From contig NC_043023.1 in assembly GCF_006345805.1 (NCBI RefSeq), positions 11,718,001 through 11,782,000 of the forward strand: a stretch of DNA of 64,000 nucleotides. Direction: 5' to 3'. Below, piece by piece: positions 1 to 13,592 of the stretch. Below the pieces are notes generated by a model. It was not told where the DNA came from. It did not search any database and saw nothing but the letters and a program-made list of their open reading frames with translations. Origin of the DNA: Octopus sinensis (lineage: Eukaryota). The position numbers and the translations under genes are program-made. Within the stretch, counting starts at the first letter, position 1. Each line of letters opens with the position of its first letter.

Positions 1-46
1 GTGTGTGTGTGTGTATGTATATGTATATATATATATGTATGTGTGA

Positions 47-165
47 CTTTCTGTCGGCCCGAGGCTATAGTAGAAGACACCTGCCCAAGGTGCCACGCAG
101 TGGGACTGAACCCGGAACCATGTGGTTGGTAAACAAGCTACTTACCACACAGCCACTCCTGCGCC
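47..165 (-). mobile_element. tRNA-derived SINE family A, 5' head fragment
   Basis: Reverse complement of the GGCTGTGTGGTAAG...GGTTCAGTCCCACTGCGTGG head seen in full at 36075-36459; flanked by (TG)n and (TA)n. Confidence 0.8.
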
Positions 166-176
166 AATATATATAT

Positions 177-238
<62 letters not shown>

Positions 239-243
239 TATTG

Positions 244-650
244 AAAAAGTGCCACACCCTAGCGGTTGAGGGAACCTGTGGAAGAGGTAGACCCAGGAAA
301 ACCTGGGACGAGGTAGTGAAGCATGACCTTCGAACATTAGGTCTCACTGAGGAAATGACTAGTGACCAAGACCTTTGGAAGTATGCTGTGCGTGAGAAGA
401 CCCAGCAGGACAAGTGAGACCATAACCCGTGGCCTCTACCAGGGATGTAGCCAGTCCACTTATGCATACCTTTCCTTCTGGGACACAAAACTCTACTTGT
501 GAAGACCTGTTGAGGCAAGTGAAAATCAAAATCAAAATCAATCAACATCAATGGAAATTGTAGTTGTGATACCAGTGCTGGTGGCACGTAAGAGATCCAT
601 CCGAACGTGGCTGTTGCTAGCGCAGCCCCGACTGATGATGATGATATATA
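244..650 (+). mobile_element. RTE-clade LINE 3' end fragment
   Basis: Encodes KCHTLAVEGTCGRGRPRKTWDEVVKHDLRTLGL, matching the C-terminus of the RTE at 19476-19751; ends in (ATG)n. Confidence 0.85.
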
Positions 651-962
651 TATATATAATACACACACATATATATACATTAGGTATATATGCATATTCA
701 TATCTATTATATAAAAGTCAATGTCTTTATGTGTCTTTACGTTCTTAGTTCAAATTCCACTGAGGTCATCTTTGCCTCTCATCCTGTCAGGGTCAATAAA
801 TTACCAGTTGTACGTGTTGTGTACTATGGTCGATCTTATTGACTAGCCCCGTCCCCAAGAATTTTGGGCCTTGCACATAGAGAAGGAGAAAATATTTCCA
901 ATGTTGAATCACTGTATCTTTTGACTATCCTCTTTATCTTACTGTTTCTTTTTCTGTTTCAG

Positions 963-2960
<1,998 letters not shown>

Positions 2961-3149
2961 TGAATCTAACGGTTTTTGTGTGTTTCTTAAATGGCTTATA
3001 AATACCTTCCACGCTGCAATTGTTTTTGTTCCAGCACACGATCTCAGATAAGGTCACTTGCTATGCAAGTACATCTCTGTAATTGAGTTCATTTTTTCCC
3101 TGTCATCCGTAAAAAGATTGACTCTGATATAATTTAATTAATGCGTAGC

Positions 3150-3362
3150 ACCTTGGGCAAGTGTCTTCTACTATAGCCTCGGGCCGACCAAAGCTTTGTA
3201 AGTGGACTTTGTAGACGGAAACTGAAAGAATCCCATCGTGTATATATATATATATGTATGTATATGTGTTTGTCCCCCCAACATCGCTTGACAACCGATA
3301 CTGGTGTGTTTACGTCCCCGTACCTTAGCAGTTTGGCAAAAGACATTGATAGAATAAGTAAT
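3150..3362 (+). mobile_element. SINE family A, partial
   Basis: caccttgggcaagtgtcttctactatagcc...gatagaataagta matches the 36075-36459 copy. Confidence 0.75.
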
Positions 3363-3479
3363 CGGAAAGGTCCAAGGAATGGAAGACGGAGGGAAAAAAA
3401 TCGCCAACGGTACACACGCGGTCACATTTTGAATGACCAGAAGGGAATGGGTGAAGTTCTTTCAAGGACAGGTGAGTGG

Positions 3480-4660
3480 AAGAGGAGGTCTGTGTGTGTA
3501 AGTGTGGATATGTGTGCGTGCGCGAAGGTCTGCGTGTGCGTGTGTGTGTATGTGGTCAATGATAACACGTGTGTGTGTGTGTGTGTGTGTGTGATTGTGG
3601 CTGTAAATCTATGTGTATTGTAGGGCTTAGTATTGTTTAAGGTCAGGGAAGAAGGAATTGGGAGTGGCTCTTTTTGTCTCTACCCCAGGTCAGTAGTAGG
3701 TACTGCTAGTTTGAAGTATGTGTGTGTGCGTGTATGTATACGTATTGTGTGTGTGTATGTATGTGTGTGTTCGTGTGTGTATGTGTAGAGTTTGTGTGTG
3801 TGGCGAATAACTGTGCTTTACTTAGTGTATCTGTGCGTGTGTGCTTGTACGTGCATATGTGTGTCCACATGCATGTATAATTGCGTGTGCGTATGTATAA
3901 TTGTGTGCTGTGTGTATGGGATGTATGTGTGGGTTCATTTGTGTGTGTATGTATGTGCGTGTGTATGTGTAAGCGTATGTGAGTGTATATACGTGTATCC
4001 GTGGGGTTGTGAGTGTTGGGTGTGTGCATTCGTGTGCGTGTGTGCGTGTGTGTGTGTGTCTGTGTCTATATGTGTATACGTATGTGTATGTGTGTGTGCG
4101 CGTGTAGGCATATATTGTGTGTATGTATATGTATAGGTGTGTATGCGTGTGGGGGGGTTGGAGTTGTGTAGGCGTAATGTGTGTGCGTGTGTATCTGTGC
4201 CCATGTGTGTATAATTGTGTGCGTATCTGTATGATTATTGTTTGTTGGAGGTATATGTGGGCATCTTGCTGGTGTGTGTGTGTATGTACGTGTGAATATG
4301 TGTGTGAGCGTGTATTATGTGCGTGCGTGTGTATATGTGTGTGTGAGAATGGGGAGACGTGTGCCAGGTTGTGTGCGTGTGTGTGAACGTGGGGATGTGT
4401 GTCAGGTTGTGTTCATTTTATTGTGTGTACGCGCGTGTGCTTGAGTATGTGCCTGTATGTGGTTGTGTGTACGTTCATGTGTGTGTGTCTAAAGGTATGT
4501 GTGTCTGTGTTTGCGTGGGGTTGGGTGGGATAGGTTTCTGTGCATTCCTGTGTGTGTGTGTACGTGTGTGTGTACGCGTGGATGTATGTGGATGTGTGTA
4601 TATATGTATGTATGCGTGTGTGTATGTGTGTGGAAGTATGTGTGCATATAGATTTGTGAC
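3480..4660. repeat. Imperfect (TG)n/(TGTA)n low-complexity block, ~1.2 kb
   Basis: Continuous alternating purine-pyrimidine sequence; source of the spurious VCVC/THTH ORFs. Confidence 0.9.
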
Positions 4661-5257
4661 TTTTCGGTGGTACAGAAGTATTTTTTTACTTCTATAATTA
4701 GCGATAAAAGTACTCATGTAGTACCTTTGTGTATATATGCACATACGTAATATCGTATGTAAATATTTTATTAATTTACCTGTACGGGTAATCACTTGTG
4801 ATGGCATTTTAATAATACCATCCCTTTAATTAAAAAAAACCATCAGATGGAAAGAAACTAGTCGGTTACCAACTAGTCTCCGTGATTCTGTTTTAAAATC
4901 CACCCTAACCCTAATTTATATACACATCTGTAGTGGTTAAGTGTGTATGTAAACAAATACGTAAACCGATTCATGATTGAAAGGAATTTATTTACAGGGT
5001 CATAGGTACACTACATACAAATGTAGGCAACTGCCACGAGTCGCTAGAAAACATATTAGGAATGAATATGTTTGTGTGTGTGTGTGTGTTTCATTCGAAA
5101 CAGTAGTCTATCGGCGCTTCGAACATTTTTCTCTGTCTCTGTCGTCTGCCAAAAACCTTGGGTCGTAGATAGATTTATCTCATGTGTCTGCTCCGTCCCT
5201 CTGCTGCGATTGTCTCTGCCTGCCTTTCTGTTTTCTGTTTCACCCTTGTATTTATAA

Positions 5258-5648
5258 CTAGCAGTATCGCCCGGCGTTGCTCGGGTTTGTAAGGGAAATA
5301 ACTATAAAGCATTTTTAGAGATTTATAGCCAAAAAATAGCAAAAAAAGTGGAAAAAAAATTATGGTAAATTTCTTTTGAGAGTTAAAAAGGTCGAGTTGC
5401 GTCCCCTAGACAGTCTGTGGTTTGTGTTTCTGATTTTCGACCCCATGTCGAATTTATCGATTTTTTTCAGAACTGGGGGAACTTTTCAAAATTTTCTCTG
5501 CGTTAGTTTTGAATTATGACATTGGGCTATGTGTGTGTGTCAAGTTTCATCAGAATTGGTTGAAAGCCGTGGTCAGGGTGAGGGTACAACCTAACAGACA
5601 CACAGACACGCACACAGACAAACTGCCGTTTATATATAGAGAGAGAGA
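5258..5648 (-). mobile_element. Non-autonomous Helitron
   Basis: Minus strand begins TCTCTC..TATATATAAACGGCAG and ends with hairpin CCCGAGCAACGCCGGG plus CTAG; inserted between A5257 and T5649; no TSD. Confidence 0.8.
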
Positions 5649-6432
5649 TATTTGTGGCTGCTAGAAAAACACATACTACAGCAGAGTTTGTACCTAAATA
5701 GGTCAGCGCTTGTCCAGTTGAACTTCACCTGACGTGGCTGAGGTCGCAGGTCAAAGGGAGATGATCGATCAATTTTTGACACAACAAAGGAAACCTTTTT
5801 TCGCGCCTGTTGATTGTCGTGTTTTGGATGACCGAGAATTCTTGGATTCGGTTTCGAATCTAGGCTTAGAGGGGGAAGTGTTAATTCTTACACATCTATA
5901 ACATTTTATTTGCTGTAGCCATTACATACAAAGCATTTTATGAATCTCATTAAAAAAAACATTCTCGAATTTTTAATTAGTATAATACTGCCTAACACAT
6001 TTTATGAGTCATTCGTCTCTATTGTATTGTCGCCAACTCGAATCGATACGTTAATAACCACGCGTCTGATGTGCCATGAGGCCATGTTAAAATATTAAAA
6101 AATGAACAGCTGTTCTACTTTAGTTAGAGAGGTTGATGTAGAATTTGAGAGAGAGAGAGAAAAGGGGGCGGAGTAGACAAAAGCATCCCAGTCTGTAAAC
6201 AGGGCGTGTCTAAACAAATATAAGAGAGGAAGACAACTCGATGTAATCAGTAGACCAGAGAGGAATCGTTGTGACAAGCTGCATATCCCATTCACTCCAG
6301 AAAGTACCAGTTGCCGATTGAATGAACACAAGGTAAGGGAGTTAACTAATAATGATAGTAATCGAAAAAATAACTAGCAGAGATACCCGGCCTTGCTCGG
6401 GATTGAAATGGTATAGTTTTTTTTATTGCCAG

Positions 6433-6662
6433 GCGGCGAGCTGGCAGAAATGTTAGCACGCCGGGCGAAATGCGTAGCCGTATTTCGTCTGCCGTTACTT
6501 TCTGAGTTCAAATTCCGCCGAGGTCGACTTTGCCTTTCATCCTTTCGGGGTCGATAATTAAGTACCAGTTACGCACTGGAGTCGATGTAATCGACTTAAT
6601 ACCTATGTCTGTCCTTGTTTGTCCCCTCTGTCTTTAGCCCCTTGTGGGTAATAAAGAAATAG
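6433..6662 (+). mobile_element. tRNA-derived SINE family B
   Basis: GGCGGCGAGCTGGCAGAA head, GAGTTCAAATTCC B-box, tail aaagaaata; ggtatagtttttttt repeated on both sides (possible TSD). Confidence 0.85.
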
Positions 6663-7179
6663 GTATAGTTTTTTTTACTGTTTTACTTGTTTCAGTGATG
6701 TGACTTGTTAATTGTTTAATTTAACAATTAAGAAAAAAAACAATTTAGGGTTAGGGTTAGGTTGAGGGTTAATGACAGGATGTTGTCTCAGTTTTAGACG
6801 TGGCAAATGATTTTAGTTGAATGGAGGTAATCGATTGGTTAAAATTGCCGAAATGCTTGAAATTTCAGACGAAATATCTTACAAACTATAGAATTTTCTC
6901 AATAAAACGAAGAGAAAATTTTCGTTTCGAGCCTACGCTCTTCGACAGAAAGATACACAGAAAATAACAAGGAGAGAAAAAAAATGTGAGTAGTAGCTAA
7001 CGATCTATCATGGTGTCCTATATATATAGATATATATGAGTAATTTCCCTTGCAATGGCTTAATATCTTTAGATTAAACTGCTGGAGTGAGTTACGTCTC
7101 TTGTATTAAAGACATCGATTTTTTTTTTAATGGCTTTAGTGGTTAGCCATAATGAGATGGCAGATATAACTCACATATA

Positions 7180-7183
7180 TATA

Positions 7184-7262
<79 letters not shown>

Positions 7263-7278
7263 ATATATATATATATTT

Positions 7279-7334
<56 letters not shown>

Positions 7335-7338
7335 ATAT

Positions 7339-7386
<48 letters not shown>
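7180..7386. repeat. (TATC)n plus (TA)n microsatellite
   Basis: Directly visible. Confidence 0.95.
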
Positions 7387-7387
<1 letters not shown>

Positions 7388-7768
7388 TAGCAGTATCGCC
7401 CGGCGTTGCTCAGGTTTGTAAGGGAACTAACTATAAAGCATTTTTAGAGAGTTATAGCCAAAAAATAGCAAAAAAATGGAAAAAAAATGATGGTAATTTT
7501 TTTTTGAGAGTTAAAAAGGTCGAGTTGCGTCCCCATGACAGTCTGTGGTTTGTGTTTCTGATTCACGACCCCATGTCGAATTTATCGATTTTTTTCAGAA
7601 CTGGGGGAACTTTTCAAAATTTTCGCTGCGTTAGTTTTGAATTATGACATTGGGCTATGTGTGTGTCAAGTTTCATCAGAATCGGTTGAAAGCCGTGGTC
7701 AGGGTGAGGGTACAACCAAACAGACACACAGAAACACACACAGACAAACTGCCGTTTATATATATAGA
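7387..7768 (-). mobile_element. Non-autonomous Helitron, same family as 5258-5648
   Basis: CTAG at 7387 with the same hairpin; TC start at 7768; A^T target; body nearly identical to 5258-5648. Confidence 0.8.
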
Positions 7769-7988
7769 TATATATATATATATTTATATATATACTGTAT
7801 ATATATACAAAATGAGAAAATGGAGAAATATATCTAAATCAACTATCAGATAATACTGAATCAATACTTTATTAAAACACTACACAATAGCAATGATATT
7901 ATACATTAATATAGTACAATAATTACAATCAATATGGTGAAATATAACTAAATAAATATAACAAGACATAGAAATACATTTACATTGT

Positions 7989-8102
7989 AGCTGACAGCTG
8001 TTTCGGCCATGAAGACAGGTATGTCTCATTTAACCTATTAGCCATATAATGCAGGTATAAATGAGACATTAACAAGAATATCTTACGGCCTCTTCAGAGA
8101 TT
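7989..8102 (-). ncRNA. Candidate type I minimal hammerhead ribozyme (Penelope-like pLTR type)
   Basis: Minus strand: CUGAAGA - GGCC[extended stem II with 11-bp tgtctcattta/taaatgagaca hairpin]GGCC - GAAA CAGCUG UC; stem I weak. Confidence 0.55.
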
Positions 8103-8544
8103 CTAATGCAAGTATGAGTACAAATCCTAAATAAATTTAGGACAAGATAGTGAAGATGCCGACGACCGCTCAGTTCAAAGTCTCTCTTGACCAGAAATGG
8201 CCTGAACTCTTTGCATGAACACCACCCTGTACATAACTCCATGTCCCCCTACATGGCCTTGCTTTTTGCTTTTTGAGTCAAAAAATTAACTTAACTTGGC
8301 AGAATTTGAACCAAGAATGTAAACATCGATGGAATGCCTCCAAGCATATTGACCAGCAAGCTGACCATTTACCCAGGTCACCACCTTTGTAAAAGTAAGT
8401 ATCAATAGTTTATTACATCGGTCATACTCTGGCGATCAGATTTCATTTTTTTTTTTTCAGATCATGAACTTGACAAAGTTGTTCATATGTCTATTTGCAT
8501 TATATTTCTGTAAGTTTTTTTTATTATTTTATCTTTTTTCTTAA

Positions 8545-8764
8545 TCCTTTTGATACCAACCCGCCTGAAACCGCCTCTGGCTCTGTAGTACAAATGTCTG
8601 GTTTTCATAAGTTCTGAATGAAAATCTTCTCCCAAACCTTAGTCACAATTTATGTTCCTAACACTAGCTTAATGATAATAAAGTTATTTTAGTAATTTCT
8701 TTGTTATATTTAAAGTAATTGAAAGAAACACAGAGCACCTCAACAGAATATGGTAACAAAAGGC
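8545..8764. mobile_element. piggyBac-like MITE, copy 1
   Basis: TTAA on both sides (8541-8544, 8765-8768); TIRs (c)CCTTTTGATACCA / TGGTAACAAAAGG. Confidence 0.75.
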
Positions 8765-8796
8765 TTAAAAATATATAATAGAGAAACAATTCTTAA

Positions 8797-9017
8797 CCCT
8801 TTTGATACCAACCCTGCTGAGACTGGCTCTGGCTCTGAGTACAAATGTCTTGTTTTCATAAGTTTTGAATTAAAATCTTCCACCAAATCTTAGTCACAAT
8901 TTATGTTCCTAACACTAGCTTAATGATAACTAAGTTATTTTACTAAATTCTTTGTTATATTTAAAATTAATTGAAAGAAACACAGAGCATCTCAACAGAA
9001 ATATGCTAACAAAAGGG
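8797..9017. mobile_element. piggyBac-like MITE, copy 2
   Basis: TTAA CCCTTTTGATACCA ... TAACAAAAGGG TTAA. Confidence 0.85.
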
Positions 9018-9320
9018 TTAAATCCTTTTTCTTTAACATTATTTCTTTTTTTCGAAATAATTGATTCAAACATCATTTACATTAACTAAGCGAAGAATTT
9101 TTGGTGCTTTGTTTTCATTTCTGTTTTTATAAATATGTTGTGTTATTTATTTGGTTTTAGGCAATATGGCTACAATTGTATTACAACAATGCTTCTATCA
9201 GATGATGATGATGATCATCATTCATTTTGACAGTCTCAAAGCATTAAGAAATCAATGGGTTCTGACAAACCAGGATTTTCAGAGTGTATATACGTGTGTG
9301 TGTGATATATATATATATAT

Positions 9321-9354
<34 letters not shown>

Positions 9355-9357
9355 ATA

Positions 9358-9493
9358 CCAACCACATGGTTCTGGGTTCAGTCCCACTGCATGGCACTTT
9401 GGGCAAGTGTCTTCTACTATAGCCCCGGGCCAACCAAGGCCTTGTGAGTGGATTTGCTAGATGGAAACTAAAGAAGCCCGTTGTATATATTTG

Positions 9494-9542
<49 letters not shown>

Positions 9543-9730
9543 TGTCCCCAACATCGTTTGACAACCGATGTAGGTGTGTTTATGCCACTGTAACTTAGCG
9601 GTTCGGCAAAAGAGGCCGATAGAATTAGCGCTAGACTTCCAAAGAATAAGTCCTGGGGTCGATTTGCTCGACTAAAGGCGGTGCTCCAGCATGGCTGCAG
9701 TCAAATGACTGAAACAAGTAAAAGAGTAAT
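9358..9730 (+). mobile_element. SINE family A
   Basis: Body and tail (ggcggtgctccagcatggc...aaacaagtaaaagag) match 36075-36459. Confidence 0.8.
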
Positions 9731-9779
9731 GAGTATATATATATATGTATTGTAGTCGTGTAGTGTGTATATATATATA

Positions 9780-9814
<35 letters not shown>

Positions 9815-9837
9815 GATATATATATCATCGGTTAATG

Positions 9838-10530
9838 TTTACTTGGATGATTTGACTGAGGTCTGGTGAACCAGATGGCTGCACCAGGCTCCAATCTGAT
9901 CTGGCAGAGTTTCTACAGCTGGATGCCCTTCCTAATGCCAATCACTCTGAGAGTGTAGTGGGTGCTTTTACATGCCACCGGTACGAGGGTCACACAAGCG
10001 GTACTGGCAGCGACCATGCTCAAATTGTGCTTTTTATGTGCCACCTGCACAGGAGCCAGTCCAGCGGCGCTGGCAAAGACCTTGCTCGAATGTTTTTTCA
10101 GGGGCCAGTAGTGTTTATATGTATCATCATCATCATCATCATCGTTTAATGTCCGTTTTCCTTGCTAGCATGGATTGGACGGTTCAACTGGGGTCTGGGA
10201 AGCCAGAAGGCTGCGCCAGGCCCAGTCTGAAGTGTTTCTACAGCTGGATGCCCTTCCTAATGCCAACCACTCTGAGAGTGTAGTGGGTGCTTTTTACGTG
10301 CCACTGACACAGGTGCCAGGGGAGTCTTGCAGCGGCCATGATCGTCTGGTGCTTTTTACGTGCCACCATGCTTTTTACGAGGCTGGCAACGGCCACAATT
10401 GGATGGTGCTCTTTACGTGCCACCGGCAGGGAGGCCAGTCGGGGCGGCGCTGGCAATGGCCACGTTCGGATGGTTCTCTTACGTGCCACCGGTACTGGTA
10501 TCTCAGCTACAATTTCCATTGATGTTGAAC
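9838..10530 (-). mobile_element. Two RTE LINE 3' UTR fragments
   Basis: Match 18960-19350; (CAT)n tail at ~10123-10143. Confidence 0.8.
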
Positions 10531-10692
10531 GCTTATATATTTGTATATATATGTATACATGATGTGCAACATTTTGGCTTGACATGGCCAGTTTAAATGG
10601 TAGATAGTTTTTAATAATTGAACTGAGAACCACATTTTCAATAACCTCTCTCGAAATTCCACAGTATAGAACATGTAACTTCATCTCCTACT

Positions 10693-11028
10693 AATTACTA
10701 TATAATTATTGTAACAGAAATTGTAAATAGTCCAGTTGATAAAACGTAAAATCTAAAAACAATTTTGTTTTTCATTTTCACAGTAGCTGTAGAAGCAAAA
10801 TTCTCCCGCGTGCGGAAAAAACATAGAAAAGCAGATGAAACCGAAGGTTCCCGAAATGGTAAGAAGGTTAATAAACCCTTTTTGAATCCTTTAAATTAGA
10901 CACTCACATACATGTGTGTGTATGCAAGTCTCTCTCTGTCTCTCTCTGTCTCTGTCTCTCTCTCCTCTACCTCTCTCTCTCTCTCTCATATTATATATAT
11001 ATATATATATAATATATATATATATTAT

Positions 11029-11067
<39 letters not shown>

Positions 11068-11152
11068 CACACCACACACACACATATATATATATAATAT
11101 ATACACACACACACACACACTATATATATATATCTATATATATATATATATA

Positions 11153-11191
<39 letters not shown>

Positions 11192-11906
11192 TATATATAC
11201 ATATAAAATGTATGTTTGTAGGTCGCAAATTGGCGTCTTCTTTCTAGCAATCCCTCTATACCAAATCCACTCACAAAGCTTTGGTTTTCCCTGGACTATA
11301 ACTACTATTCAATTATTGTAACAGAAATAGTAAATACTAGCACTATGACCCAGCAACACCGGGTCACAGTGCTAGTGCATGCATATACAGCTGTGTGCGT
11401 GCACACATACACGCGACTACTGTCCAAATCTCCGACCAATCACATACAGCTTGCTGGCATTCGATTGGCGTATCAACTTTCAGGCATTTTGATTGGGTTT
11501 GGGATAGAAAATTCACAAAAAAGTCACTTCTATTGATTTTTTAATGGCTTTGCGGGGTGACTGGGGAAATGTAAAGATGTGCACGATCACACTCGGACGG
11601 TTTTCAATGACCATAGAAAGTGCGAGCCCTCTAACTGAAAAATTGTGGATTTGTATAAAGGACACACACACAGAAATTTTGCCGTTTATATATATATATA
11701 GAGATTCCTGTTCCTGCAAACCTAAAATCTGAAATCAGAATTTTTTTTTTTATTCTTTCACAATAGATGTAGAAGTCAAACCGGGGCCAGACACAAAAGC
11801 AGATGAAACCAAAGGTTCCCGAAATGGTAAGAAAGTTAATAAACCCTTTTTGAATCCTTCAAATTAGACACTCATATACATGTGTGTGTATGTAAGTCTC
11901 TCTCTG

Positions 11907-11953
<47 letters not shown>

Positions 11954-12987
11954 ACTCTCTCTATACATATATATATATATATAATGTATGTTTGTAGGTA
12001 TGCAAAATGGCGTCTTCTTTCTATCAATCCCTCTATACCAAATCCACTCACTTTGGTTGTCCCTGGGCTATAATTACTATTTAATTATTGTAACAAATAT
12101 TGTAAATACTAGCACTATGACCTGGTAACGCTGGGTCATAGTGCTAGTGCATGCATATACAGGTGCGTGTGCGCGCACATACACGTGAGTACAGTCTAAA
12201 TCTCTGACCAATCACATACAGCTAGCTGGCATTCAATTGGCGTATCAAGTTTCAGGCATTTTGATAGGGTATTGGATAGAAAATTCATAAAAAAGTCATT
12301 TTTATTGATTTTATAATGGCTTTGCGGGGTTACTGGGGAAATGTAAAGATGTGCACGACCACACTTGGACGGTTTTGAATGACCATAGAAAGTTTGAGCC
12401 GTCTAAATGAAAAATTGTGGATTTATATAAAGGACACACACACAGCCATTTTGCTGTTTATATATATTATTTAATGGCTTTGCGGGGTGACTGGGAGAAT
12501 GTAAAGATGTGCACGACCACCCTTGGACGGTTTTGAATGACCATAGAAAGTGCGAGCCCGCTAACTGAAAAATTGTGGATTTGTATAAAGGACACACACA
12601 CACAAACATTTAGCCATTTATATATATATTTAATTGCTTTGCGTGGTGACTGGGGAAATGTAAAGATGTGCACGACCACCCTTGGATGTTTTTGAATGAC
12701 CATAGAAAGTTCGAGCCCTCTAACTGAAAAATTTGTATAAAGGACACACACACAGACAGACATTTTGCCATTTATATATATATAGATTCCTGTTCATCAA
12801 ACGTAAAATCTGAAATCAGAATTTTTTTTTTTATTCTTTCACAATAGATGTAGAAGTCAAACCGGGGCCAGACACAAAAGCAGATGAAACCAAAGGTTCC
12901 CGAAATGGTAAGAAAGTTAATAAACCCTTTTTGAATCCATCAAATTAGACTCTCATATACATGTGTGTGTATGTAAGTCTCTCTCTG

Positions 12988-13040
<53 letters not shown>

Positions 13041-13551
13041 ACTCTCTCTATACATATATATATATATATAATGTATGTTTGTAGGTATGCAAAATGGCGT
13101 CTTCTTTCTATCAATCCCTCTATACCAAATCCACTCACTTTGGTTGTCCCTGGGCTATAATTACTATTTAATTATTGTAACAGAAATAGTAAATACTAGC
13201 ACTATGACCTGGTAACGCTGGGTCATAGTGCTAGTGCATGCATATACAGGTGCGTGCATGTGCATATACACGCGAGTACTGTCCAAATCTGTTAATTACC
13301 ATATAATTATTGTAACAGAAATAGTAAATAGTCCAGTTGATAAAACGTAAAATCTAAAAACGATTTTGTTTTTCATTTTCACAGTAGCTGTAGAAGCAAA
13401 AGCCTCCAGCATGTGGAAAAAACATCGAAAAGCAGATGAAGCCGAAGGTTCCCGAAATGGTAAGAAAGTTAATAAACCCTTTTTGAATCCTTTAAATTAG
13501 ACACTCTCATACATGTGTGTGTATGTAAGTCTCTCTCTCTCTCTCTCTCTC

Positions 13552-13592
<41 letters not shown>

